DNA of 64,000 nucleotides from Gemmatimonadales bacterium. GTDB taxonomy: Bacteria; Gemmatimonadota; Gemmatimonadetes; Gemmatimonadales; GWC2-71-9. Of the stretch, positions 18,083 through 28,187 are shown piece after piece (position 1 is the stretch's first letter; each line of letters begins with the position of its first letter). The notes beneath the pieces are model-generated. The model ran no database searches. It was not told where the DNA came from and saw only the letters and a list, made by a program, of their open reading frames with translations. Made by a program: the position numbers and the translations under genes. The stretch is taken from contig JBFGJG010000001.1 of assembly GCA_041577295.1 (NCBI GenBank), positions 32,001 to 96,000 of the forward strand, in the 5' to 3' direction.

Positions 18083-20752
18083 TCAGGTATCTTTCCCCGT
18101 CCCTGCCGTTTCGAGGGAGCGGGCCACCTCTTCGATCTGGTAGGCTTCGAGCACGTCGCCCACCTTAACATCATTGAAGTTCTCGACGCCGATACCGCAC
18201 TCGAGACCATCGCGCACCTCGCGCACGTCCTCCTTGAACCGCTTGAGGCTCGAGATGGCGCCGTCGTAGATCTCGACGCCGTCGCGGATGACCCGCATCT
18301 TGGCGCCGCGGCGGATCACGCCATTGCGGACGAAGCAGCCGGCAATCGTGCCGACGCCAGAGATCTTGAACGTCTGTCGCACTTCCGCCTCGCCCAACAC
18401 GATTTCCTTCTCTTCCGGCGCCAGAAGCCCTTCGAGTGCCGCCTTGACGTCCTCGACGGCTTCGTAAATGACCCTGTACGTCCGGATGTCGACCTTTTCG
18501 CGCTCTGCGGCTCCACGGGCGTTTGCATCGGGCCTGACGTGGAAGCCGATGATGATGGCGTTGGACGCCTTCGCCAGGAGCACGTCGCTTTCGGTGACCG
18601 CGCCGACACCGCGGTGCACGATCTCGACTTTGACCTCGTCGGTCGACAGCTGGGCAAAGGCGTCTGCCAGTGCTTCTGCAGGCCCACCCTGGTCTGCTTT
18701 GATGATCATGTTGAGAGCCCGAACCTCGCCAACCTCGATCTGCTGCGACAGATCTTCGAGCGACACGCCGCGCGAGGAGCGGCGGTGGGCCGCTTCCCGA
18801 TCGAGCCGCTGACGCTTCTGCGCGATCTCTCTGGCGTGTTGCGCGGACTCGACGGCCATAAACGTGTCACCTGCCGTTGCGACGCCCTCGAATCCCAAAA
18901 TCTGAACTGGGATCGATGGTCCCGCCTCGTCGACCCGGTTGCCCCGCTCGTCGAGCATCGCCCGGACGCGACCCGCGAGGTGTCCGCAGATGAAGTCGTC
19001 GCCCACCTTGAGCGCGCCACTCTCGACGAGCACTGTCGCCACCGGTCCCTTGCCCGGGTCCAGCGTCGCCTCGATCACGGTCCCCTTCGCCCCGCGGCTA
19101 GGATTGGCTTTGAGATCGAGCAGTTCGGCCTGCAGCAAGATTTTCTCGAGTAGCTCGTCGACGCCCTTTCCGGACTTGGCAGAGATCTGTTGACCCATCG
19201 TGTCGCCACCGTACTCCTCGAGTACCACTTCGTGCTTCAGCAGCTCCTGCTTGACCTTTTCCACGTTGGCGTTGGGGAGATCGATCTTGTTCACGGCGAC
19301 CACCAACGGCACGCCCGCGTTCTTCGCATGGCTGATCGCTTCGACCGTCTGCGGCATGACCTGATCGTCCGCGGCGACCACGAGCACCACGATATCAGTG
19401 ACCTGCGCGCCACGGGCACGCATGGCCGTGAACGCCTCGTGACCCGGGGTGTCGAGGAAGGTGATGACCTTGCCGTTGGACAGTTCGACGTGGTAGGCAC
19501 CGATGTGCTGGGTGATGCCACCGGATTCTCCGCCGATCACGTTCGTCTTGCGGATGTAGTCGAGTAACGACGTCTTGCCGTGGTCGACGTGACCCATGAC
19601 CGTGACTACCGGCGGCCGTGACTCGAGATCCTCGGGGCTGTCCTCGACCACTTCCTCAACCTCTGACGGGACGTATTCCTCTTCCTGGACCGCCTTGAAC
19701 CCAAACGCGCCCGCGATGAGGTCGATCTGGTCGAAGTCGAGCCGCTGGTTCACCGTCACCATCATGCCCAGCTCTTTGAAGCAGAAGGTGACGATCTCCG
19801 TCGGCGGGAGGCTCAGAATCTCGGAAAGCTCGGAGACCGTGATGAACTCGTTGACCCGAACCGTGGTCTTCTCTCGCTCCCGCTCCTCAGCCTTGCGCTG
19901 CTCTGCGATCTCCCGGGCAGAGGGTTCGTCGTCACGCCGTCGAGGGCCCTTCTTGGGTCCGGGGCCTTTGAGCGTGGCCAACGTCCTGCTGATGTTGGCC
20001 TGCACGGCTTCCTTGTCGACCTGCGTACGCTTCCCCTTCTTGCGTCGCTTCTTGTCGCGGCGCCGCTCCTCTGCGATCTCACCGGGAGCCGCCGACGCGA
20101 CCGGTCGGGGTCCGGTGGGACGCCAACCGCGCGCTTGTGGCTGGCGCTGAACCCGTTTCGGAATGACGGGTTCGGGCTTCGTGACCGGTGGGGGGGCCGC
20201 GGCCCTTGCCACGGGTTGCACGGGCTCCGGCTTCTCGACGGGGGCGGCCGGTGGCGCGGGGGCCGGCTTGGCCTCCTGCTTCACCTCTGCCGGTGGGGGC
20301 GCGATGGTCTCTACGGGCTCCTTAAACAGCGCCGCGGCGCGCTCTTGGAGCGTTGGAGTGGTCTCGGCGGGTGCCTCGGCGCGCTTGAGATCGTCGGCTT
20401 TCGCCACAGTCGCGGTCGCTTCCGCCTCTCGCTTCGCAAGTTCGTCGGCTTCTTTCGCCGCGACCTCGGCGGCCGTGCGGCGGCGCCGACGCGGCCGGGC
20501 CTCAGCCTTTGGCGCCGCCACCGCACTCTTCTTCGTGGCCGTCTTGCGGGTTCGCCGGCGCGTCTTCGTCTCAGACGGCCCGTCACGCCGTTTTTCCCGC
20601 TCCCAGCGGGCACGCACCATGGCTACCTGCCCCGTGTCCAGCACGGACAGATGGCTGCGAACGTGAATTCCCATATCGGCAAGCAGCTTGAGCAGCTTAC
20701 CACTCTCGATCCCGAACTCCGCCGCGAGATCATGGACCCGCGTCTTACTCAC
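18083..20752 (-). CDS. infB: Translation initiation factor IF-2
   Basis: GHVDHGKT, GGITQHIGAY, DTPGHEAF, NKID, SSLKRFKEDV. Confidence 0.98.
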   Translation of the reverse strand: MSKTRVHDLAAEFGIESGKLLKLLADMGIHVRSHLSVLDTGQVAMVRARWEREKRRDGPSETKTRRRTRKTATKKSAVAAPKAEARPRRRRRTAAEVAAKEADELAKREAEATATVAKADDLKRAEAPAETTPTLQERAAALFKEPVETIAPPPAEVKQEAKPAPAPPAAPVEKPEPVQPVARAAAPPPVTKPEPVIPKRVQRQPQARGWRPTGPRPVASAAPGEIAEERRRDKKRRKKGKRTQVDKEAVQANISRTLATLKGPGPKKGPRRRDDEPSAREIAEQRKAEEREREKTTVRVNEFITVSELSEILSLPPTEIVTFCFKELGMMVTVNQRLDFDQIDLIAGAFGFKAVQEEEYVPSEVEEVVEDSPEDLESRPPVVTVMGHVDHGKTSLLDYIRKTNVIGGESGGITQHIGAYHVELSNGKVITFLDTPGHEAFTAMRARGAQVTDIVVLVVAADDQVMPQTVEAISHAKNAGVPLVVAVNKIDLPNANVEKVKQELLKHEVVLEEYGGDTMGQQISAKSGKGVDELLEKILLQAELLDLKANPSRGAKGTVIEATLDPGKGPVATVLVESGALKVGDDFICGHLAGRVRAMLDERGNRVDEAGPSIPVQILGFEGVATAGDTFMAVESAQHAREIAQKRQRLDREAAHRRSSRGVSLEDLSQQIEVGEVRALNMIIKADQGGPAEALADAFAQLSTDEVKVEIVHRGVGAVTESDVLLAKASNAIIIGFHVRPDANARGAAEREKVDIRTYRVIYEAVEDVKAALEGLLAPEEKEIVLGEAEVRQTFKISGVGTIAGCFVRNGVIRRGAKMRVIRDGVEIYDGAISSLKRFKEDVREVRDGLECGIGVENFNDVKVGDVLEAYQIEEVARSLETAGTGKDT

Positions 20753-21074
20753 TGAACTTCTCCTCCTGCTTCAGTAACGAGCTGCTGATACCCGCCGCCA
20801 TGTGGCGGTCGCTCACGCCAACGGCTTGCACGGTTCCGGACCGGCCCAAGCGACGCCCCAACTCTGCTGCATCCGGCCCGGCAACCACTGGAATGCCTTT
20901 CACCTGCGCAAGACGAACTACCTTCTGTTCCGTTCGCGGGCTGGCGTCCGCCGCGACGACTACCAGGTAGACGTCGTCGCCCTGCAACCCGGCCCGCGCC
21001 GCCGCCGTTCCGACGAACAACTTCCCGCCTCGGGCTCCGAGGCCAAGGAGACCCAAACCCGAGGACGAAATCAC
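20745..21074 (-). CDS. L7Ae/YlxQ family RNA-binding protein
   Basis: LGLLGLGARGGKL, LVVVAADAS, ELGRRLG; lies between nusA and infB. Confidence 0.85.
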   Translation of the reverse strand: MISSSGLGLLGLGARGGKLFVGTAAARAGLQGDDVYLVVVAADASPRTEQKVVRLAQVKGIPVVAGPDAAELGRRLGRSGTVQAVGVSDRHMAAGISSSLLKQEEKFSE

Positions 21075-22450
21075 GCTGCGGGTGTGGTCTCGGGCTCTCG
21101 TCCCCCCGCCTCCTCGTCGCGGTTCTTTTTGGTCGCCCCCGCGGCCTCGGCGTCTGTGTTCTCCTCCGTGAGTTCTGACAAGAAGGCCATGAGCTCATCC
21201 GCCTGCTCGGGCTTGATATCCTGGATCTTGAGCACATCCTCCCGCTCGAGGTCCAGAATGTCACGCAAGGTCTTGAACCCCACCTTCTCGAGGGTTTCGA
21301 CCAACTCCGGAGAAATCCCTTTGAGCTCATCGAGCCGCACGTCGGCAACGAGCTCATCCTCTGGTGGTAGCGGGGCGAACAACGGTCCTTCCCCACCGCG
21401 CTCCAGCCACTCGCGGCTCGAGTAGAGATCGATTTTCCAACCCGTTAACTCCGACGCAAGCCGAACGTTCTGTCCGTTGCGCCCGATGGCCAGCGACAAC
21501 TGGTCCTCGTCGACAATTGCTTGAATGGTGCGAGACTCCCCATCTGAGAAGACGCGGGCAACACGAGCCGGTGCGAGCGCCAACTTGGCAAACCGCTCGG
21601 GGTCCGGCGACCAGGGCACGATATCGATGCGCTCGCCCCCCAGCTCATTCACCACGGCCTGGACTCGACTCCCTTTCAGTCCGACGCAAGCACCCACTGG
21701 GTCGATCGAGTCATCGCGACTGCTGACGGCGATCTTGGTGCGACTGCCCACCTCGCGCGCCGCAGCCCGGATTTCGACGAGCCCTTGTTGCACCTCCGGT
21801 ACTTCGAGCTTGAAGAGGGCCTGCACAAACGTCGGGTCGCCGCGCGAAAGGATGAGCCGCGGACCTTTGGGCGTCTCCTCCAGCCGCTTGAGCACCGCCC
21901 GGATGCCGTCCCCTTGATGAAAGTGCTCCCGCGGATTCTGCTCGCGGTAGGGGATAATGGCCTCCGCCTCGCGAAAACGGTTGAGCATCACGACGAGACG
22001 ACCCCGTTCGATCTGCTGGACCTCGCCGTTTATCAACTCGCCGACCTTGGGGCCAAACTCATCCCGGATTCTCGCGCGCTCCCCCTCGCGGACCCGCTGG
22101 ATGATCCGCTGCTTCGCAGCCTGGACGGCAAGCCGACCGAAAGCTTCGAACGGAACCTCTTCCTCGAGCACGTCTCCCGGCTGGAACTCCGAATCCTCCC
22201 AGCGCGCTTCCTCCAATGCGATCTGGCAGCTCGGGTCCTCGACCTCTTGGACGACCGTTCGCAACACAGTGGTGTCGATCGTCCCTTTGAGATCATCGAT
22301 CTCGATTTCAGCACGAACGTTGGGGCCGAACCGCTTGACGAGCGCGGCGTGAATGCCGTCACGCAACAGATCGTGCAGCTCCTCACGATCGAGCTGTTTA
22401 ACGGACGCCAGTTCGCGGAGCGCCGCTATGACCTCGGCGGAACTCGTCAT
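21071..22450 (-). CDS. nusA: Transcription termination factor NusA
   Basis: FGRLAVQAAKQ, DPVGACVG, LSLAIGRNGQNVRLA. Confidence 0.97.
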   Translation of the reverse strand: MTSSAEVIAALRELASVKQLDREELHDLLRDGIHAALVKRFGPNVRAEIEIDDLKGTIDTTVLRTVVQEVEDPSCQIALEEARWEDSEFQPGDVLEEEVPFEAFGRLAVQAAKQRIIQRVREGERARIRDEFGPKVGELINGEVQQIERGRLVVMLNRFREAEAIIPYREQNPREHFHQGDGIRAVLKRLEETPKGPRLILSRGDPTFVQALFKLEVPEVQQGLVEIRAAAREVGSRTKIAVSSRDDSIDPVGACVGLKGSRVQAVVNELGGERIDIVPWSPDPERFAKLALAPARVARVFSDGESRTIQAIVDEDQLSLAIGRNGQNVRLASELTGWKIDLYSSREWLERGGEGPLFAPLPPEDELVADVRLDELKGISPELVETLEKVGFKTLRDILDLEREDVLKIQDIKPEQADELMAFLSELTEENTDAEAAGATKKNRDEEAGGREPETTPAA

Positions 22451-22983
22451 GATTTCTCCTTCACACGTCGGCCGTCAGCTGTATCGGCTGACGACCAGTC
22501 AATGGCCGACCAGTCCACCACCAGGGTCGCATCTCTTGCGTCTTCGAGCGGAACCGTGATCTCGCCGGTCCCATTCTCGGGTCGTAACACAATTTCATCC
22601 ATCTCGTTCACGCGGCGCACCGCCACGATCCGGGCGCGGAGCCGTCCCCTGCCCGGGAGCCGCACGTTGACGTCCCGTCCAGTAAACCGCTCCCAATGCT
22701 CGCGCCAGCGAACGGGGCGCTCGATTCCAGGAGAGGAAACCTCCAGGACGTAGCGCAGCCCGAGGACCTGCGATTCATCCAACCATGACTCGAGCGCTCG
22801 GCTGACGGCAGCACACTCATCGACCGTAATCCCGTGCCCCGGGCTGGCCTCTGGCCGGTCCACGCGGATCTGGAGTGCCACGCGGTTGCGCATGGCGCGA
22901 CGGCGCAGATCGACCAACTCATATCCCAGGGCGGCGACCCGTCGCTGGATCTCCGCCGTCATTTCCTGTGGAGATAGCTCCAT
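22447..22983 (-). CDS. rimP: Ribosome maturation factor RimP
   Basis: ITVDECAAVSR and YVLEVSSPGIERP motifs. Confidence 0.93.
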   Translation of the reverse strand: MELSPQEMTAEIQRRVAALGYELVDLRRRAMRNRVALQIRVDRPEASPGHGITVDECAAVSRALESWLDESQVLGLRYVLEVSSPGIERPVRWREHWERFTGRDVNVRLPGRGRLRARIVAVRRVNEMDEIVLRPENGTGEITVPLEDARDATLVVDWSAIDWSSADTADGRRVKEKS

Positions 22984-22990
22984 GGGCTCC

Positions 22991-23019
22991 AAAAAAAACG
23001 CGGGCCCGACGACCCGCTC
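22991..23019 (-). promoter_or_regulatory. rimP-leader-type hairpin / intrinsic attenuator
   Basis: Minus strand GCGGGTC-GTCG-GGCCCGC-G-U8, ending 7 nt before the rimP ATG. Confidence 0.7.
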
Positions 23020-23058
23020 CGCACGCATCCGTAAAGTAACCGCCCGCCTAGGACATGT

Positions 23059-23823
23059 TCAAGCGGCCGGGCGACCCAAGAAAGCGAGCATTCGACCGGC
23101 TCGCGTCCCCCAGCGGCGATGCGAGTGAAACAGCTCGTGATCGTGTGCCGTGCACCACGCGCTAACCGTCACCCGCCCGACCCCCATGCTCTCCGCCCGT
23201 CGTGCCAAGTCCCGGCGCAAGTCCAATCGCGCCGGGCCTTCGGTCTGCAGTCCTGTTACCGCCGTGAAGACGTCAGAACCAACGCTGTAACATACACCAC
23301 AAATGCCAACTCCACAATGGATTACGAGATCAACCGGATTGGCCTCAGCCGTACGGCACACTCGCTCGACCCCAGCCTCGAGGATCCCAGCGGCCGTTCC
23401 CCGCCAACCCGCGTGGAGTAGACCCAAGGTCATGCTCTGCGGGTGGACCACGTATACCGGCACGCAATCGGCCACGGTGATCGCCAGCAGCAATCCTTCC
23501 GCACCCGTCACGTGCCCATCCGTTCCGGTCGCGATGCCCACTCCAGGGTAGGCGGAATCGTATTCCTGAATGGTGATGCCATGAACTTGATTGCTCGCGG
23601 CAACCCCGCTGAACCCAGAGGCCATGACGGCGCCGAACCGTTGCCACGCGGGTCGAGACTGCGTGGTGTGTCCAGCACTTCCGTCCAGGCGAAAGTCCAG
23701 CTCCCGACCGGTGATCCCCGCGACGAGACCGAACTCCTCGCGCCACTCCTCCATTTCGAAGCGCGGGACGCGTTGATCTGGAATCGGGTATTCAGCGAGA
23801 GCAGCGGAGCTCGCGGGCGTCAT
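23059..23823 (-). CDS. pgeF: PgeF/YfiH (DUF152) family protein
   Basis: QVHG, VADCVPV, HAGWRG, CYSVG and SHRR motifs. Confidence 0.9.
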   Translation of the reverse strand: MTPASSAALAEYPIPDQRVPRFEMEEWREEFGLVAGITGRELDFRLDGSAGHTTQSRPAWQRFGAVMASGFSGVAASNQVHGITIQEYDSAYPGVGIATGTDGHVTGAEGLLLAITVADCVPVYVVHPQSMTLGLLHAGWRGTAAGILEAGVERVCRTAEANPVDLVIHCGVGICGVCYSVGSDVFTAVTGLQTEGPARLDLRRDLARRAESMGVGRVTVSAWCTAHDHELFHSHRRWGTRAGRMLAFLGRPAA

Positions 23824-25112
23824 CGACGACCGACCTCCACCCGCTCGATCTTCGCTCCGAGCGCCTGCAGCCGTACGTCGATTTCCTCGTATCCGCGATC
23901 GATCTGGCCGATGTTGTGGATGGTGCTCTGTCCATCGGCGGCCAGCGCCGCGAGCAGCATCGCCATACCGGCGCGAATGTCTGGGCTTTCGACGACACCA
24001 CCTCGGAGCGGTGACGGACCGGAGACGACCACACGGTGCGGATCACAGAGGATCAAGCGGGCGCCGAGGCCCACGAGCTTGTCGACGAAGAACAAGCGGG
24101 ACTCGAACATCTTTTCGAAGATGAGGACCTGGCCGTCACACTGCGTCGCTACGACCACCGCGATCGACGTGAGATCCGCGGGAAACGCAGGCCACGGTCC
24201 GTCTTCGATCTTGGGAATGTGCCCGCCCAGGTCCGGTTGGATGCGGCGCTCCTGATGCGGGTCCACGATGAGCCGGTCGCCATCGAAGCGCGGCCGGACG
24301 CCGAGCCGATCGAAGTTGAGCAAGATGCTGCGCAGGTCGGACGGGCGCGCGTTCTCGATTACGAGCTGACCGTCCGTCACCGCTGCCAGCCCAATGAAGC
24401 TGCCGATCTCGACGTGATCGGGTCCCACTTCCAGTCGGGCGCCGGTCAGGGGCACGCCGCCCTCAATCGTGAGGACGTTGCTGCCGATTCCTTCGATACG
24501 CGCACCCATCTCCTGGAGCGCGCGCGCGAGGTCCTGGACGTGCGGTTCCGACGCGGCGTTCCGAAGCACCGTGCGCCCCTTCGCAGCGGTGGCGGCCATC
24601 AACGCATTCTCCGTCGCAGTCACGCTTGGCTCGTCGAGGAAAATCTCGGATCCGTGGAGTGAGCGCGTCTCCAGGTGGTAGTCTGCGCCGATCGTCACCT
24701 CCGCACCAAGCTTCTCCAAGGCGAGGAAGTGGCTGTCGAGTCGGCGGCGTCCGATGACGTCGCCACCCGGCGGCGGCATCGCGACCTGGCCAAACCGCGC
24801 GAGCAGTGGGCCCGCCAGGAGGATCGAGGCGCGGAGCCGGGCGCAGAGGTCCGCATTCAGACGGCGCGACACCATTCCGGATGGGTCGACACGAACAGTG
24901 CGTGGAGCCGACCACTCGATCTCGACGCCGAGTTCCTCGAGGATCGCAATCAGAGCGGCGACGTCGCCAATGCGCGGCACATTCACGATCTCGCTCGGGC
25001 CGTCGGCGAGGAGCGCGGCCGCCAAGATCGGCAGCGCCGCATTCTTGTTCCCCGCGGGGCGGACGGTGCCTGTCAGCGGTGTGCCACCGGTGACCCGGAA
25101 ACATTGGGGCAT
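23820..25112 (-). CDS. murA: UDP-N-acetylglucosamine 1-carboxyvinyltransferase
   Basis: GNKNAALP, RASILLAGPLLAR, PGGDVIG, SVTATEN, DIRAG, IDRGYE. Confidence 0.96.
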   Translation of the reverse strand: MPQCFRVTGGTPLTGTVRPAGNKNAALPILAAALLADGPSEIVNVPRIGDVAALIAILEELGVEIEWSAPRTVRVDPSGMVSRRLNADLCARLRASILLAGPLLARFGQVAMPPPGGDVIGRRRLDSHFLALEKLGAEVTIGADYHLETRSLHGSEIFLDEPSVTATENALMAATAAKGRTVLRNAASEPHVQDLARALQEMGARIEGIGSNVLTIEGGVPLTGARLEVGPDHVEIGSFIGLAAVTDGQLVIENARPSDLRSILLNFDRLGVRPRFDGDRLIVDPHQERRIQPDLGGHIPKIEDGPWPAFPADLTSIAVVVATQCDGQVLIFEKMFESRLFFVDKLVGLGARLILCDPHRVVVSGPSPLRGGVVESPDIRAGMAMLLAALAADGQSTIHNIGQIDRGYEEIDVRLQALGAKIERVEVGRR

Positions 25113-25373
25113 GGTGGGGCAACCATAACGGCAGCCCAACCAGCGGCGCAAGCGACGGCTTGACACCCTCACAGGGGTCACGAATCTTCCAACTCCTTGC
25201 AACGCTTGGCACTCGGCGGTTCAAGGGTTCTGAGGCCGCCTGTGCGCATCCCACACCGGTGCTGGCCTGGCACGGGGTGATCGGCTAACGTTGCTGGGCG
25301 ATGACAGGCGGCTACACAGCGTTCACCCGTGGGAGAGTGCCATCGTGACCAGCACATTCTGGAGGAGCACAGC

Positions 25374-25823
25374 ATGACGACGTGGGTGGCGGTTGCGGCC
25401 GTATCGCTGGCCATCATGGCGTTCGTTTTCGTCATCTCCGCGGTTGCGTGGCTCATCTGGTTCGCCCGATTGCAAAAGCATATGTGGGGCCGTCTCGAAG
25501 ACATGGTCGACTGGATGGACCAGGAGGCCCGTCCCACGATCGAGCTTGCGCGCACGGTTCTCGAGGACACGGCCAAGATCACGGCCGTCGTCAAACACGA
25601 GACCGGAGAGTTCGCGACGACGGCGGATTCGATTCGCTCGGGTCTGTTACGGGTGCGCGATGCGGCCGAAGAGCGTCTTCAGGACTTAGACACGTTACTC
25701 GAAGTCGTTCAGGACGAGGTGGAGGACACAGTCTTGGACGTTACCTCCGCGCTCCGTACGACACGCCGAGGTGCAAAGGTCTTCAAGCGGATGCGGCGGG
25801 CGTTTCTCGGTCGAGGGCGCTAG
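25374..25823 (+). CDS. DUF948-like single-TM coiled-coil protein
   Basis: GGAGGAG RBS before ATG 25374; N-terminal TM followed by a helical region. Confidence 0.6.
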   Translation: MTTWVAVAAVSLAIMAFVFVISAVAWLIWFARLQKHMWGRLEDMVDWMDQEARPTIELARTVLEDTAKITAVVKHETGEFATTADSIRSGLLRVRDAAEERLQDLDTLLEVVQDEVEDTVLDVTSALRTTRRGAKVFKRMRRAFLGRGR

Positions 25824-25829
25824 CCCCAG

Positions 25830-26771
25830 GTGATCGGCCGGTTCGTCACTGCCCTGGCGCTCGCGCTGGTCGGGGTCGTTGTGTTTCCCGATGTCGCCGA
25901 AGCCTGGACTCCTGGCACGCATATCTTCCTCGGAGAGGCGGTGCTGGCGAGCCTGAATCAGTTGCCGCTCCACGTCGCCGACCTGCTCCGAGCGTTCCCC
26001 TACGATTTTCTCTACGGTAACATCGCTGCCGATACCTCCATGGCCAAGAAGTACGCGCCCGTCGGTCGGCACTGTCACTCGTGGCATGTGGGGCAACAGA
26101 TCTTCGAGACCGCAGAAACGGAGGCGTTACGCGCGTTTGGTCTGGGATACCTCGCCCATCTCGCGGCCGACACGGTCGCGCACAACTTCTTCGTCCCACG
26201 ACAGTTGGTTGTGACGTCCACCACGATTGCCGTTGGCCATTCGTATTGGGAGAGCCGATTCGAAACGCACTTGGGTGATCAGTTTGCGCGCACCGCCATG
26301 GACGTGATCCGTTTCGATCACGGAAGTGCTGACGCGCATCTCGATCGGATTCTGGCGCCGACGATTTTCTCCGTGCGAACCAGTCGGCGGCTCTTCCGAG
26401 GAATGGTTGGGCTGACGGAAACCCAGAGCTGGCAGCGCGCGTTTCGTATCCTCGCAGAAGCGAGTCGCTGGGATCTGACCGTCGATGCCGTCGAGCACCA
26501 CATGGGAGCGGCATTTCAGCTGGTCATGGAGCTGCTGAGCGAGGAGGATGGAGCCGCCCATCGCCTCGATCCCTCAGGGGAGGCCTCGCTCAAGCTGGCC
26601 AAACGGATGCGGCTCGATGTGATGAAGGCAAAGCTACCAGGCGACCGCGATCAGCTCGCTGAGCTCGCCGATGAGCACTTCGGCTTGCCGAAGTATGATC
26701 TGAGCTTCTGGGAGAGCTCCGACACGCACCGTCCGTGGGCGGGCGGGGAGACGGAAGAGACGGCCGACTAG
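25830..26771 (+). CDS. Zinc-dependent phospholipase C / S1-P1-like family protein
   Basis: Signal peptide, then mature W-x4-H (WTPGTH) and GYLAHLAADTVAH. Confidence 0.8.
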   Translation: MIGRFVTALALALVGVVVFPDVAEAWTPGTHIFLGEAVLASLNQLPLHVADLLRAFPYDFLYGNIAADTSMAKKYAPVGRHCHSWHVGQQIFETAETEALRAFGLGYLAHLAADTVAHNFFVPRQLVVTSTTIAVGHSYWESRFETHLGDQFARTAMDVIRFDHGSADAHLDRILAPTIFSVRTSRRLFRGMVGLTETQSWQRAFRILAEASRWDLTVDAVEHHMGAAFQLVMELLSEEDGAAHRLDPSGEASLKLAKRMRLDVMKAKLPGDRDQLAELADEHFGLPKYDLSFWESSDTHRPWAGGETEETAD

Positions 26772-26774
26772 GAC

Positions 26775-28187
26775 CTACCCCAAGCGGTCTCGCAGCACCT
26801 GTTGCACGACGTTGGGATCCGCCTTCCCACCCGACCTTTTCATGATCTCGCCCATGAAGAACCCAAACAGCCTTGCCTCGCCGGTCCGATAGCGCTCAGC
26901 CTCGTCCGGGTGCGCGCTCACCACATCATTTACCCACCCGATCACCGTCTCGCGATCACCGACCTGGACGAGTCCGAGTGCCCGCGCCGTTGCGAGCGGC
27001 TCCGCATCGTCCTCGGCGACAGCCCCAAAAACACGCTTGGCCGCCTGATTGCTGAGGGTTCCATCCGTCACGAGTGCGATGATCTCCACCATACGCGGTG
27101 CGGCGACTCGATAGGCGCCCCCGGACTGCTTGGCATCTGCGAGCAACGGACCCATGACCCAGTTGGCCGCCGTCTTGGGATCGGCGCCGCCCGCGACGAC
27201 CGCTTCGTAGTAGCCCGCGAGGGGCCGGGTGGCGGCGAGGACACCGGCCTCGTATGCGGACAGGCCATACGTCGCGCGGAATCGTTCCTGCTTGGCACTG
27301 GGAAGTTCCGGGAGCGTTTCCCGCTCGACTCGAGTCGTTATCCCGTAGCGCGCTAGGTCGAGGGGAGGAAGATCCGGGTCTGGGAAGTAGCGATAATCAT
27401 GACTCTCTTCCTTCGACCGCATGGGACGCAGGGTCCCGGCACCGGCGCTGTACGTGGTGAGGGTCACCGCTTCACCACGCTCTAGCGTCGCGATCTGGAG
27501 ATCCCGTAACTCGGCCAGCGCGCGCTCCACCGCCGCGAACGAGTTCATATTCTTGACTTCTTGCTTAGTCCCGAGTGGGGAGCCGCGCTGGCGCACAGAC
27601 AGGTTGGCGTCGACCCGAAGGCTGCCCTCCTCCATGTTGCAGTCGGATACCTCCACGTACTCGAGCACCTGTTTCAGTGTCGTCAATAACCGGCGCGCGT
27701 CCTCCGGGCTGCGAAGATCGGGCTCGGTCACGATCTCGATGAGCGGAACGCCAGTGCGATTGAAGTCGATCGCCGTGAGACCGGGGAACTGATCGTGGAG
27801 TGACTTCCCGGCATCCTCCTCCATGTGGAGGCGCGTGATGCCGATCTCCTGGGGAGCGTCGCCGTCCAGTGCGACGCGTCCTTTGGTCGCGAGCGGGCGG
27901 TCGAACTGCGAGATCTGGTAGCCCTTGGGGAGATCCGGGTAAAAGTAGTTCTTGCGGGCAAAGACGCTCACCTCGTGCACGGTGCAAGCGAGGGCGATGG
28001 CTGCGCGGACGGCGAGGCGAACGGCGTCGGCATTGGGGACCGGCAGCGCGCCGGGAAGCCCTAGACACACGGGGCAGACGTTGGTGTTGGGTGGATCGCC
28101 AAAACGGGTCGAGCACCCGCAGAATAGTTTGGAACGCGTAGCGAGCTGGACGTGCACCTCGAGCCCGATCACCGTCTCCCAACTCAT
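26775..28187 (-). CDS. gatB: Asp/Glu-tRNA amidotransferase subunit B
   Basis: IGLEVHVQL, RKNYFYPDLPKGYQISQ, HMEEDAGK, DYRYFPDPDL. Confidence 0.97.
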   Translation of the reverse strand: MSWETVIGLEVHVQLATRSKLFCGCSTRFGDPPNTNVCPVCLGLPGALPVPNADAVRLAVRAAIALACTVHEVSVFARKNYFYPDLPKGYQISQFDRPLATKGRVALDGDAPQEIGITRLHMEEDAGKSLHDQFPGLTAIDFNRTGVPLIEIVTEPDLRSPEDARRLLTTLKQVLEYVEVSDCNMEEGSLRVDANLSVRQRGSPLGTKQEVKNMNSFAAVERALAELRDLQIATLERGEAVTLTTYSAGAGTLRPMRSKEESHDYRYFPDPDLPPLDLARYGITTRVERETLPELPSAKQERFRATYGLSAYEAGVLAATRPLAGYYEAVVAGGADPKTAANWVMGPLLADAKQSGGAYRVAAPRMVEIIALVTDGTLSNQAAKRVFGAVAEDDAEPLATARALGLVQVGDRETVIGWVNDVVSAHPDEAERYRTGEARLFGFFMGEIMKRSGGKADPNVVQQVLRDRLG

